The notes under the pieces: model-generated
Databases searched by the model: none
The model's input: the letters and a program-made list of their open reading frames with translations, nothing else
Told to the model about the DNA's origin: nothing
Source: Lama guanicoe
Taxonomy: Eukaryota
Direction of reading: 5' to 3'
NCBI GenBank assembly: GCA_013239625.1
Contig: MU053504.1
Location: forward strand, 1,180,001-1,244,000
DNA: 64,000 bases
Program-made: the position numbers and the translations under genes
In this document: piece by piece, positions 12,694 through 26,200 of the stretch
Layout: every line of letters starts with the position of its first letter
How positions within the stretch are numbered: the stretch's first letter is position 1

Positions 12694-14963
12694 GTAACTT
12701 CCCCTGAAGGATGCTGGGGTGCTACCCAACTGATATTCTCTTGGGGTTGGAGAGTTCCTGTTGGAATCGACTCAACTGATTAAGGAAAGGATAGCACGTG
12801 GCCTATGTGGGTAAGCCTTGGGTTTTGAAATTTTGAACGCTGCAAGACAAGGTGGTGCCAAGAAAGATCCTTTTAAGCCCTGGGGGAGGAAGGAGGGAGG
12901 CTTTAGCAGTTAACAGACACTCCGCAATATCCCTTACAGATACATACCCGGAGTGCAGACTGCTTCCTTATACACTCTTCTGTATATTGCATGTGACTTT
13001 CTAAAAGGACAGATTTCAGGATTCCCTTTAACAGGCGGAAACTGAGGCTTGGAGAGATTGTGACTCACTTTGTAGACTGTGTCATAGCTAGTAAGTGACA
13101 ATGCCAGGGTCTTGGTCCTAGGTTTCCTGATGCTAAATCCAGTGCCCCCCACCATTTGCTAGATTAGACTGCTGCCACCCCTTCCCGATTCCAGCTCCCA
13201 CCCTACCTCACCCCGACCCTGCAATGAATCACTTCCCAGATTTGACTCTGGGAGGGTTGCAGTATACCACAGGGTCTTGAACCCTCATCCAATGTTCCCC
13301 GATGGCTGCCAGTGGGTGTGTGGAGTTTCTTGATTCCCAGCCACTGTGTTGAATTTTCTCGGAGATCTGAGCCTCTGGGAGGAACAGTGACTCGGTGCTC
13401 CTGGGAGGGAACGAGGTGGAGCTGAGAGAGGCTGGGGCTGTGGAAGGATTAGAATGCAGGTGTGCCCACATTGGCAAAATCCTTCAAGCTGTTATGAAAA
13501 GGTTGGCCTCACAAAGCAGATTAACATGGGTGGGGTGACTATTTGCTTCCCATTAGACACTAATAAAAACTGATGAATGATACAGCCCCTCTTGAAAGAA
13601 TTCTGGCTGCAGAGAAACCGAGAAGTGTTACACCTGTCAGTGTTCCCCAGCAGCCTGTCTTCTGGCAGAATTTAGCAGAAATTTCCCCAACACCAAAAGG
13701 AACTGCTTGGCTGTTACTGACCTTCAAAGCTCAAGGGCAGCGCTATTTTTGAAGACCAAAAATAATTCACGGGAGAGAAATGGTTAAAAAAAAAAGTCAT
13801 ACTTCTGCAGGAGGCAGCAGAGTAAAATGAGAAGGGGTGGGGATGGGTGAAGTGGTCCTAGAGGCCTGACATTGTCACCTACTTTCTGGATGACCCTGTT
13901 AAGTCCCCCTCCCTTTCTGAGCCTCAGGGTTCACTGTCTGAGAGGGCTGGACCAGCTGATGCAAGGGCCTGTCATCTCCATGTTTAGGGGCAGGCTGGGT
14001 AAATCCCTCCAGTGCTAAAATCAGAGCACCCACCACCTTGAAGCCTTAACCTTAAAGAGCGTATGACCCCTGTGGATGGCAGGACGCCTCCCAGACCACC
14101 CAGCCCTACGGCATGAGGGAGTGGGGAGTGCCCTGCCCCAGAGGAGGGAGAGGTCCCTGCCCCCTGCTCTGTGAGTCAGAGGGGGCCTTGAGGCTTGGGG
14201 AGGACCTAGATAGAGGGAGAAAAGCTGAGGAAGGCATTTCCATCCAAAGGAACCATGAGTCAAAGCGTGAAGGGCTAAGGTACCTGTTTTGTCAAAAGGA
14301 CAACGAGAGGGTCCTTTGAAGGTAGAGATGATTCCAGCCCAGTGATGCAGGGCCAGATGGAGGGGTCTGAACTTTATTCCTGAGGCAGTGGGGCCTGGGG
14401 AAATTTTTGAAGTGCCATGGAAGAAAAGTGACATGATTTAGGGGGGAATAGGTGCTTCTAAAGCCAATGCAACTGGTGGAAGGGGTTGTCTTGGAAGCAA
14501 GAGAGACGAGAGGTGGGGAGGTGGTTCGGATGCTGTTGCAATAGAATCCCAGGCTATTAGCTGACCTGGGAGGATCATCTAAGCACTTATTTAGCCAACC
14601 CTGGCTTCCCTAGCTAGTTATTACTATGTTGTCATCGATACAGTTTTCATCATTGGGCAATGAGTTAACACTTGTATTCTTCCCCTGCCCCTTAGAAGGC
14701 AACTTGCCCTCTGATATTTTCCGGAATGGGAAGGAAGCTTCAGCCTCCTGAAATGTGCCCAGCCAGCCAGGGTTCTGGTCCCTCCCCAGCCCCTGCTCTG
14801 CAGTCTGCGCAGGACAAGCCAGGCCTGGCCAGGGAGGGCACAGGCAAGCCCGAGTCCCCAGATATTCCTGGTCAGCTCACACTGACTTGGCTGGGCATCA
14901 GCTCTTAAGGTTTCAGAAGCCAAGCCACTCGCTCTCACTCTGCTCCCTGACTTCTCCTTCCAG

Positions 14964-15121
14964 AAATACAACATCCCGTGAAGATCTCCTATGCTCAGTA
15001 CGAGAAGTACCTAAAAGCTGACAACATGATCCGGACCACAGCCGTGTGCCAGGTCACCAACGAGGCCGAGGTGGTAGTGGAGAGAGTTGTCATTCTGGAC
15101 AACCCCACTTTGACCCTGGAG
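14964..15121 (+). CDS. TGM3: Transglutaminase 3, exon 11 (158 nt)
   Basis: ccttccag|AAATACAA...CTGGAG|gtaaag; EIQHPVKISYAQYEKYLKADNMIRTTAVCQVTNEAEVVVERVVILDNPTLTLE. Not in the ORF track; translated by hand. Confidence 0.96.
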
Positions 15122-18100
15122 GTAAAGGGGCAGTGAAGGGGTGCCTCCCCAGCCAGCCCAGCCCTCCCAGACCACAAGGAAGGCCCTCCCCCCTAGACGG
15201 TGGCAGAGGACCAGGCCCAGCTTGGGTCCATCCTCGGCCTGATGGATCAGCCAAGAGTTCCACTCAGACCAGCTCCCTGGCTCCCTGTCTGGCAAGATAC
15301 ACAGGCATGTCGCCCTGTGGCTTCTTTGGTTGCAGTACCAGGCCCCTGGGGATGCCACAGAGAAGTGGCTAGAAGAGTTCTTCGGCTCACTCCCTCTGAG
15401 CGTCTGCTGGGTCCCGGGCTGGGCCAGGCTCGGGGCAGGGTCCCGCCTGCAGGGAGCCCACTGCCCACCCCCAGACACATTTGTTGAGCAGATCAGAAAT
15501 GGACACAACTCACACGCATCTCTCGATTCTCTAGACCCCAGAGTTAGAGAATTGTGGGCCCTCAGGAGCCTCGTCTCCAGCTCCTATACCTTGCCATTTC
15601 CCACGTGAGTAAACTGAGGCCTAGAGAGAAGAGACTCGCCCGTGACTGGGGCTAGAGCTCGGGCCCTTTCCAGGACCTCCTGGGACATCCAGGGCCAGCA
15701 AAAGTAGCTCCACAGTGCTTGAGAGTGAAAATGCCTCGTCTCTGCTTTTGGCTGCAGGCTCTGCTGCCGGGCTCCTTCCCCTGAGCCCAGGCGTGTGGAG
15801 ACTCGCAGGTCTGCAGGAGGCATCTGGGGCCACTTTGTTCCTTCCTCGGCACGGGAGCTGGACGTATTTGTGCTACTCCCAAGCCTATCCCTACTCCAAC
15901 ATCAGCCCAGCCCAGGGTGGTGGCTGTCAGAGCCAGAGAGCACAGATCTGAGGGATGAGAGGCTGGCAGGCAAGGACAGGCAGATGAACGAGTGAGGAAG
16001 ATGGGGTCCTCCCGTGGGGGCCCAAGGAGAGCATCACGGGTCAGGCTTCTCCCACATCTGCTGTGTCTACCACCTGCCCCAGCTGTCTAGACAGTGATTG
16101 CCTTTTTATTCTTCCATCGCAACACCAGCAGCCTCCCTAGCCCCAGATTTCTAGAGGACCTCGTGGCTGCCCTGGTCCTACCCTCTCTAAGCTGCGCCGT
16201 GTCTGCAGGGGTTCCTGACCTCGGACAGAGGGCGCCCACTTCCACGCAGAAAGCCTGCAATAGAGCCCTGTCCTGGTTAGTCTGGACTGTGTGCAGAATG
16301 GGGGTGGTTTGCCACCTCCGGGGCACGGGAGCCAGTGACCTGCTAACCAGTCTGGAGGACAGTAGAGCAAGGGACAGTGCTTCAGACCTTGTATGCAGGC
16401 CCTGCCATTTATCAGCAGTGACAAATTCCTTAATTTCTGTGTCTCAGTTGCTCCACCTCTATTACGGGGATAATGAAATACTTCCCCTGCAGATGTCCTT
16501 CCCTCAGAGAAGCTCTTGCTGACGCCCCCCCCATTAAGTCCCCAGGGGTACACCCTCGGGGCCTCGGTCCTTCCCCAGCCTGTGTCCTCATTGGAGGGAC
16601 ACCTGCACGGTCAGTAGTTGGGCTGCAGTCTCCTACCAGACTGTAAGCTCCACGAGGGGAGGCGCTGCCCTGTTCCGGGCCTGTCTCAGGGTTGGTCTAA
16701 CAGAAACAGCCCCTCCCTGGGGCAGGACTGGAACAGAGCATCGGGGCTCCAGGCTCACCTTCTTTCCCGCCCACTGGAGTTTTCATTGTCAATCCATGCT
16801 TGGCCCTGAGTGGAGAAGCCTCGCCTGCTTCCCAGGGCGTTTCCAGGAAATGCACCGCATCCCCGGAGAATGATGGGTAGCGAGTGCCATTTCCGTCCTG
16901 AGGCTGCAAAACAAAACGTTCTGCATTAAAATGATCAGTGTTCAAGTGAAGTTATTTTTTCCCTCGTAGTAGTCCCTTCTCCAATATCCTCAGACCTTCT
17001 TTGAGCTTTATCTTTTGTGCAACATTTTTGCTCTATGTCTTAGATTTCTGTATCAAGTCAGCTTTGTCTTTCAAGAGAGTGTAACATCTTGAGAAAAGAA
17101 ATCAGAATACACACAGGCTGGAGATGTTCCATCAAAACCTTTCCTATTTCATCTTTTTAAAGGGCATCTGCTCTTTCTTCTTCGGGGCATCTTTGTGTGA
17201 GTTTCCTCCTAATCTCTCCTTTACTTCAGCCTTTAGAGAATCAAGACTTTCTCGTCTTGATTGATTGAATCAAGGATCACCCAGAGCAGGGCACAGATTT
17301 TTAAACTCCTGTGGCTGATCTGTATGAAAAGACAGTAATTTGGATAAAATCCCATTCTCTTATTTGGTGCTGACTTGGAGTAAGCACTGAGAACTTTAGA
17401 ACCAGACCTACGATCTGAACTTTGTTCCAAAGGGTGGTGTCTTCACGTTGGTCCATGACCTACTGACAATCAGACACAGGTTTCTGGTGGCTCTTATCTC
17501 TCCTTTGGGTCACGCCTGGATCTAAGTCAATAGGACAAGCTGGTAAGCAGCAACGAAGAAAGGAAAACAAGTACATGAAACTCTCAGACTGAATGTCAAC
17601 GTGAAAAATACGGCACCATTTATGTACCCTGGTGTCCTGATGGCATCAAATGATGCTTCAGCCTTCAAATTATGTCATTCACTTCAGTGACTCTCATGGG
17701 AGAGACTTTGGCATAGATCATGGTCTCAATTGAAAAAAAAAGTTTCAATTATGCACATATTATTGGCAGGCATCGCGCGGTCGAGAGAGAAGAGAAAAAA
17801 AGTCTCTGGAACCGGAAAAGCCTCGGTTGTTGAATCAGTCTGAACCGTAACTTTATTCCTGTAAAGTGGTTTCAGCGCGAATTGGAGGCAAGAAAAAGAA
17901 ACACCAAACGAACAAAAAGCAGTCGCCTCTAGCGATCCTCCAAAGAAGAGAAGAATTCCGCCGGCTACCCGGTTTTAGTTTTCTTCCACATCCATGATCT
18001 CATTCGGTTCCTTCTAGCCCAGGGAGGCGAGCAGGGAGGGACTACCCTCTTTATCAGGTGAGGGAGTTGAGGCCCAGAAAGCTGATGCATCTGCCCAGTC

Positions 18101-18852
18101 ACAGCTGCTTCTCTGCAGAAACACGAGTTTCATCTTTGGGAACAAATCTTCCAGGTTGCTTCTCTGACCAGAAACCTAGGCCTCTCCAGCCTCTGATCAA
18201 GGACCCTGTCCAGACACCGTGAGGCACGCAGGGAACTGTTGGGCTCCAGAAGTTCAGAAGGACATTGATAGACCAGGTGTCATCAGAGGAGAGTGGCCAG
18301 AGTTGAGGCGGGGGCCCAACGCAGAGCCCCGTGGGGAGGAGCAGGAGGCTGGTGAGCCTCTGAGCCAGGGTCTGAGCAGGGAGGGGGCTTCCAGGCTTGA
18401 AGGGAAGACAGAGGATCAGTGAGTGGGGCATTCAAGGAACGTACTGTGATTAAGGCCAGAATGAAACATTTCCCGACCTTCACAGTAGCCCCCAGTGGAA
18501 CTGGGCCATCCTGGGAAGTGGCGGCTACTAACCCCAAGATGAACTGAGAACGAGCCCGTGCACCTGTCAGGGCCAGGGAGGTGACATGCTTGCTCTCAGC
18601 CACTGTGATGTGCAGCCTCTCGCTCTGCGCCTGGGGGTCCTGTCTGCAGCATAGGGATGACAGCCATTTCCTAGGAGCCCCCTGTGTGGATGTCACTAGC
18701 ACTTAGGAGGACGAAACCAAAGGTCCTCCCTTCCTGTGTCCTCAGCAACATCTTCCCCGTCACCAAGTCGCCTGCTCAGCCCCGTCGGCTCTCACCGAGG
18801 GCGGGTGAAACAGGCCGCCCAGCCCTGACTCCATCAACTCCTCCCCCCGCAG

Positions 18853-18986
18853 GTGCTGGACCAGGCCCAGGTGCAGAAGCCCGTGAACGTGCAGATGCTC
18901 TTCTCCAACCCTCTGGACGAGCCAGTGAAGGACTGCGTGCTGATGGTGGAGGGGAGCGGCCTGCTGCTGGGCAGCCTCAAGATCGA
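18853..18986 (+). CDS. TGM3: Transglutaminase 3, exon 12 (134 nt)
   Basis: cccgcag|GTGCTGGAC...AAGATCGA|gtgagt; VLDQAQVQKPVNVQMLFSNPLDEPVKDCVLMVEGSGLLLGSLKID. Confidence 0.96.
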
Positions 18987-19401
18987 GTGAGTCCCAGGCT
19001 GAGGGCCCCGTGTGGGAAGGCGGGATAGAGGGCAGACGGGCCTCCCAGGAACCCCGAGCAAGGCAGGCAGAACTCTAGCCTCGGACCTCGAGACCCGCAC
19101 ATAGGGATACACATTTGCTTTTGGTTTGGGAATTCATCAAACTTGAACTCGGGAAAACCAAGTCACCAGGGTTTGGAGCTGGTCTTCATATTTGGGAGAT
19201 CATTGGACCCCCTGCCTTCCCCTTCAGCGGGGTCCCAGGGCTAGAGGGGACTGGTGACCCAAGGTGTCAGCAAGAGGGAGCTGAAGGAACAGTAAGCTTG
19301 TCCAGCCCCAACCAGATCAGGACTCGAGACCTCACGAGGCCCATCCAGCCTGAGGTCCATGAATCTTACTCTTGACACTGACTCCCACCCCTCCCCATCA
19401 G

Positions 19402-19549
19402 CGTGCCAGCCCTGCGCCCCAAGGAGCGGTCCCGCGTGCGTTTTGAGATCCTGCCCACCCGGAGTGGCACCAAGCAGCTCCTCGCGGACTTCTCCTGCAA
19501 CAAGTTCCCTGCGATCAAGGCCATGCTGTCCATCGATGTGGCCGAGTGA
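19402..19549 (+). CDS. TGM3: Transglutaminase 3, exon 13 coding part including TGA stop
   Basis: ccatcag|CGTGCCA...GCCGAGTGA; VPALRPKERSRVRFEILPTRSGTKQLLADFSCNKFPAIKAMLSIDVAE*, the characteristic TGM3 C-terminus. Confidence 0.97.
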
Positions 19550-19991
19550 AGGGCCCAGGTGGCCCCCATACAAACTTGGGAACACGGAGCGGGCAGGGCT
19601 TGCCTGTGGAGTGAGCCCCTGCTCATGCTGTCCAGCCTAGAAACCCACTCCATCCCCCAAGGCAACCTGGACTCCGACCTCCAGCCTCCAGCACACCCCC
19701 TCCCTCGCTCCCAGGCTGGGCTGGCTCCACCCTGGCCCCTGACTTGATCACTTTTGCACATTCCCCAAGCTTCTCCCCAAGGCTGCCTGCTCTGTGAGCC
19801 TCACAGTCCCGCGCAGCCCTCACAGCCTCAGTGCTGCGGCATGGCGTGACACCTGCCCCAGCAACTCCCCAAATGGATACGGCATGGGGGATGGGGGGAG
19901 AGAAGATGGTCTGGACTAATTGCTGATTCCCCAGCCTGCTCTGCCCCCGGGGCCGGTTAACCATCCGTGACACTCACATCCACACCCTCAA

Positions 19992-19997
19992 AATAAA
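19992..19997 (+). terminator. TGM3: TGM3 polyadenylation signal AATAAA (3' UTR ~450 nt)
   Basis: First AATAAA after the stop codon, ~440 nt downstream. Confidence 0.75.
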
Positions 19998-20679
19998 TGT
20001 TAAAAAGAGCACGATCTCATAGCACCAACTGTACGAGACTGCTGCTTCACCGAAGGTGGTGGAGAAGGAGAGAGGGGGGTGGGGCCGTGTCCTTCTGAAG
20101 GAGGGATGGCCTGGGGGAGGCTTGCCTTCCCCGTTCCAATGTCCAAAAGGAGTGGACTTGTTCTGTGTGGCTCCAGGTGCCAAAGTAGGAAGATGTTTCA
20201 AGTCAGTTTAGCAAAACACACAAGTTATCAGTTTGGAATGTGCCCTGCCCAATTTCTGGGCCCTTCAGGGAGGAGAGTTGGGTGCCTCCTACTGTTCCAT
20301 GGTGAGAATTACAGGCTTTTATAAAATCATCTGATGGTCAGTTCTTCAGACTGAATGAAGGTCCAGCCTTCTGTTTAAAATTGATATACCTGTGGAGACT
20401 GGGGGTATAACTCTGCAGAAACATTTTGGTATTTTCGTACATGACACTGGCAATCCACCTCAACTGATCCTGAAAGATGTGCCTTCCCAGGGTCACCCAG
20501 CCATTAAATTCCATGATGAAGATTACATTGATTCACAGATGATCAATAAGCCCCTGCTGTGACTAGGTGAGGGATTCAGCACAGGTGATCTGCGCTTTCT
20601 GGAAGTTTGTTGTCATGGGGAGACAGGGGTATGGGCGTGGATGTGGGAAGATAGATAATAAAATGAGTAATCAAATAAA

Positions 20680-21260
20680 TGCAAAATATATCTTCAAGTA
20701 ATGATTAGTATATTGATGAATAAAAGTCAGGATGTGGATACGTGTTGGGGAGGCACTGGGCAGGGCAGCCCTCTGACAGTTGATATTTGAGTGGAAACCT
20801 GAAATGAACCATGAGAGAGAGCCATGTGAAGGTCTAAAGGAGCGATTTCCAGGAACACCAAGGCACATCCCTAAGGTGGGAGTATCCCTGGTGTGTAATC
20901 AGAATATAAAGGAAGCAGTGCTCTTGTGGAGAAGGGAGGGTGAGAGTAATCAGAATGAAGGCAGAGAGGCAGGAGTTGGGGAAACACAGATCCCATAGGG
21001 TCTTGTAGACCCCTGTAAGGACTTTGGTTTCTATCCTGAATGAGACTGGAAGTCCAGGAGAGTTTTGAACACAGAAGTGACAGCATGTGTCTTGTGTTTT
21101 AAAAGAAATCATTTGGCTGTTGCAGGGAGTCCCATGAGAAGGCTACTGTAACCATCCAGGTAAGAGATGATGCTAGCTCAGACCAGGGTGGCAGCAATGA
21201 GTGGGCTGAGAAGTGATGGAGAAGGCAGAACCCACTAGACATCCCAAGGGACTAGATGAG
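20680..21260 (-). mobile_element. L2 fragment (other L2 pieces near 14150-14560, 47650-48020, 60470-60900)
   Basis: aaggactttggtttctatcctgaatgagactggaag...gagatgatgctagctcagaccagggtggcagc. Confidence 0.65.
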
Positions 21261-21807
21261 GGACTTGAAGAAAGGAGGCACGTGAGTCACACTAACATCT
21301 ATTAGCCTGAGCAGTTCGGTGATTCCAGGTCTCCAGGGGCACAGCTCTTACTCTTCCTCTACCAGGTGAGCCCCAGGGGACTCTAGGATACGAAGCTCTT
21401 CCCCCTCCAGGCTCACTCTGGCCCCTCACTGGCCACCTCTCTGTGTCTAGCCCCCTAACCATGCACTGGGACCCTGGAAGCATCTTCTTTGGTTGATGTC
21501 CCAGGCATTCAGAGTTCCACACCAGTCCTGGAAGAAGGAGCAAGTTTCAGAGCAAAGAGAAGACTTGAGGTCCAGCTGAGAGGCTGGGGCAATTAAGGGG
21601 GTCTTCTCAGATGAGCTGGCCTTGAACGATGTTAGGACTTCCTAATGATGTTCAGGCAGGAGGCCTTGGACCCTGGTGGGGAGAGACATGAAAAGGGACG
21701 ATGTGTTGCTAAACATGAGGAACGTGACGCTGGAGAGGCAAGTGGATGAGGACTAGGAAAAGGCTGCCCTCCAACTGGCCAGAGTTCATTTCAATTTGTC
21801 AGGGGCT

Positions 21808-22365
21808 GTGTAGCAGACTACATCTTCCAGACATGGCCACCATACTAGTTCTAATTCCATGTGCTCTTTCAGACTCAATCAAAAAGTGGGATCTAATTTC
21901 CCCTCTTCTCAAAGGGTTGTCCTTGGAGACTGCCTTGATGAACAGAAAGCAGCAGAAGTGAGGCTATGTGACTTCTGATAAATCATAAAAGACAACATGG
22001 CTTCTGCCTGGATCTCTCTCTCTCTCTCAACACTTACCTTTGGAATCCAGCCTCTATGTTGTAAGTCAGTCCAAGCCACCTGGAGAGACCTCGTGCAGGT
22101 GTGCCAACTGAAAACCCAGCTAAGGTTCCCACCACCAGCCAGAATCAACTGCCAACCACGTGAGTAAGGGAGCCTCCAGTAACTTCAGCTTTAGACACTG
22201 AGTTACCCTCAGCCCTTGAGTCTTCAAGCCATCCCTGGACATCATGGAACACAGGCAAGCCATCCCTGACCATGCCCTGTCTGAAATCCTCACTCATGGG
22301 AGCAACATATAGATGGTTTACACCACAAAGTTTGGGGTTAGTCTGTTATGCGTGTAACCGGAACA
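21808..22365 (+). mobile_element. MaLR solo LTR (MLT1 family)
   Basis: tgtgtagcagactacatcttccagacatggcc ... aagtttggggttagtctgttatgc...ggaaca. Confidence 0.65.
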
Positions 22366-23226
22366 AGTTTCAATACATGTCAGCCTGGTGAATAACCTCC
22401 CAGTGTCATTAATCTGTCCCTATTATTTCCAGGGTTATCAATGTCTACATAGGCATTGTACACAGGCATTAAGGCCAGTTATAGCCTATTCTCTAAATAT
22501 TACCTTCTTATTGCTCCCCATTGTGCTTGGCAAGTGCCTGTTTGTTGGGAAGGCAGGCACATCCCTCACTTAGGGCAGGAGGAACCCCTGTGATCCTGTT
22601 TAAGAATAGGATTTTCTCTTCACAATGCTGTCTTGTAGTCAGTGATGTCCCGCTCGTCACAGAGGAAGAGAACTGGGAAACTCAAGGTGGCGCTGGAGGA
22701 AGGAATGTGACCTGAGACAAAGGGCTTGTTAGTCCCATCCCAGAACAAGCCTCTTGAATCATTCATGCATCCATCAGTCATCTATGTATGAATTCAGTCA
22801 ATCACAATCATCTCCATCTTAAATACCTGCCACGTGTCAGGCACTGTGCTGCATATGTGAGAACCCATGGCCCATGGCTTTGTGAAGTTTACATCCTAAC
22901 AGGGAGCCAGACAGAAGCAGGTAAACAAACAAATAAAATACTGACAGTTTGTGATAAGTATAATGAAATAAAAACACATGTATTGTCCTGGCTACTTGCC
23001 CTGTAGCTGGAGGAGGTCCCTCTGAGGAGTTATTTCAGCTGAGACTTGAAGAAACCAAGCATGTTAAATCGTCTGCAAGCAATGGAGACTGACTTTGGCT
23101 GGGTCAAGGAGAGGAGAAAATATTGAAAGAGCACAGGGAACTCAGACTAAGTGGAGAAGATGGAGGACCAGGCTTAGAAAATGAGCAGGAGAAAAGGGTG
23201 GCCACACAGTCAAAGCTGCATCACAA

Positions 23227-26200
23227 GGACAGGGTTCAAGATGGTGATGTTAGGAAGATCCTGAGCCCACTCCTCCCATGGACACCCCAAAGCTGCAACT
23301 ACACGTAAAAGACCTGGAGACTAGCAAGAAAGCTCTTCCACAGCAAAAGCCAAAAAACGGGGCAGGGGGGCCACATCAAGATGGGTAAGAGAGGCAGAGA
23401 TAGTCTTTCCAGGACCCCACCCCCAGCCCCGGTGTGGTGACCCACAAGCGGGTCGCAAACACAGAGCTCCTCCCTGAGCAGCGAGGCATTCAGCCCCACA
23501 TTGGTTCCCCCTGCCGTGGGACCTGCATCAGAAGGGTGAGCCCCCGAAATGACTGGCTTTGAAGTCCAGTGGGGCTTACATCTGGGAGAGCCAGAGGGCT
23601 GTAGAAAACTGAGACTCTACTCTTGACACAGAGTCACTTGCTCTGAGTCCCAACACAGAGGTAGCAGCTTGAGAAGCCCCTGGGTCATGCATGAGGGAGA
23701 ATCACTGACTAGTCTTAGGATGTACACCGGAGGCCAAGGGTCTGCTGGAGATCTCGCCAGGGGCAGGTGAGCTGGCAGGTGCCATCTTTCTTACTCCTTC
23801 TGCCTCGTTGGCCTCCTGCTAGCAGACCTTATTTTTGGCACTCTCAGTCTACCTCACCAGCACCGCTCACCCAGCCTGGTGCTCACCCACGGCAGTCCAC
23901 ACCCATCAGACCCAGAGTGGGGCCTCACTCTGGTCCAGCACTCACCCAGCACAGACCCTGCCCCACCAGATCCAGCAGATGGGCTTTTCCATCCTGGTGC
24001 TCATCCACAAGTGCCCCATCCCACCGAATCTAGAAGGTGCGTGCACCCCACACAGAGGGTGCCACCTGACCAACTGGTAATAGTGGCCAGGGGGGCTTGT
24101 GTTTCTGGGCCCTAGGGACTGAAACAAGCAGAGAAACAGATCTTGGCAGGCTAAACCCCCAGGGCACTACACAGACAACAGAACAAAACATACCCTCTGT
24201 CTTCCAGTGACCACTGCTTCAAGACTGGGAGAGACAGCTGTTTTGCTGAAACAAACACAGAGAGTCAGGCAAAACGAGGAGATAAAGGAATGCATTCCAA
24301 ACAAAGAATAAGACAAAATCTCAGGGAAAAAAAAAGATTAATGAAGCAGAGATAAGCAATCTACCTAAAAAAGAGTTCAAAGTAATGGTGATAAAGTTGC
24401 TCACTAAACTCAGGAGAATAGTTGAATGCAGTGAGATATTCAACCAAGAGTCAGAAAATATAAAAAAGTTCCAAACAGAAGTTACAGAGCTGAAGAATTC
24501 AATAATGAAACTGAAAAATATACTAGTTAACTGAACTAAAAAATATAAAGCATACTGGATGAAGCAGAAGAATGAATCAGTGAGCTGGAAGACAAACCAA
24601 TGGAACTCACCCAGACAGAGCAGCAAAAAGAAAGAAAGAAAAATTTTAAGTGAAGATTTTTTAAGGAACCTCCGGGACAACACCAAGCAGAATAACATTC
24701 ACATTATAGAGGTCTCAGAAGGAGAAGAGAGAAGGAAACAGAAAATGTATTTAAAGAAATAATAGCTGAAAACTTCCCTAATCTGGGGAAGGAAAGAGAA
24801 TTCAAAATAAAATGAACCTAGAGACCCACACCAAGACACACTATATTAAAATGGTAAAAAATTAACAATAAAGAGAGGATCTTAAAAGCAGCAAAAGGAA
24901 AACAACTTCTTATATAAAAGGGAAGCCCCATAAGGCTATCAATAGATAGCCTTATATATAAACCACATTAACGTGATATAACACATTAACAAAATTAAGA
25001 GGAAAATTATGTGATCATCTCAACAGATACAGAAAAAGCATTTGGCAAAATTCAACATCCATTTATAATAAAAACTCTCAACAAAGTGGTTATTGATGGA
25101 ATATACTTCAACATAACAAAGGCCATATATGACAAACCCACAGCTAACATGATACTTAATAGTGAAAAGCTGAAACATTTTCCTCCAAGATCAGTAACAA
25201 GACAGGAATGCCCATTCTCACCACTTTTATTTGACATTGTATTGGAAGTTCTTACCACAACAATTAGGCAAGAAAAAGAAATAAAAGACAACCAAATTGG
25301 AAAGGAAGGAGTAAAATTGTCACTATTTGCAGATGGCATAACATTTTATATAGAAAACCCTAAAGATTCCACCAAAAAGAAAAACTATTAGAAGCAATAA
25401 ATGAGGGGGGAGGGTATAGCTCAAGAGGTAGAGCGCATGCTTAGCATACAAGGTCCTGGATTCAATACCTAGTACTTCCTCTAAAAATAAATAAGTAAGC
25501 TTAATTACCTCCCCTCAAAATAAAAAACAATAAAATAAAATAAAACAAATCTTTAAGAAAAGAATGAAGACTTAAAAAAAGGAGTAATAAATGAATTTTG
25601 TAAAGTTATAGGCTAGAAAATCAATCTACAGAAATTAGTGGTGTTTCTATACACTAATAATGAACTATCAGAAAAAGAAGCTAAGGAAACAATTCCATTC
25701 ACAAACTGCATCAAAAATAAATAAATAAAATGCCTAGGAATAAATTTAACCAAGGAGTTTAAAGACCTACACATTGAAAACTATAGGACACTGATGAAGG
25801 AAACTGAAAAAGTCACAAATAAATGGAAAGATATTCCATGCTCATAAGCGGGAAGAATTAATATTGTTAAAATGTCCATACTACTTGAAGCAACCTACTA
25901 CCAAATTCATTTCAGTGCAATCCCTATCAAAATTCCAAAGGCACTTTTCACAAAACTAGAAAAAATAATTCTGAACTTTGTATGAATCCACAAAAGATCC
26001 CCAATAGCCAAAGCAGCCTTGAGAAGGAAGAACAAAGTTGGGGGTACCATGTTCCCTGATTTCAAACTATGCTACAAAACTATATTAAATCGAAACAATA
26101 TGGTATTTACATTATAACAGATACACATATCAACAGGACAGAGTTGAGAACCCAGAAATAAAACCACACATACACAGACAACTAATTTACAACAAAAAAG

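Noticed and set aside
25011..25391. Functional reverse transcriptase or domesticated gene
   Set aside because: Fragment of a frameshifted L1 ORF2; the catalytic FADD motif reads FADG and the endonuclease is deleted.
25405..25480. tRNA gene
   Set aside because: tRNA-like head with A/B boxes, but followed by an A-rich tail, flanked by a TSD and nested in an L1: a SINE.
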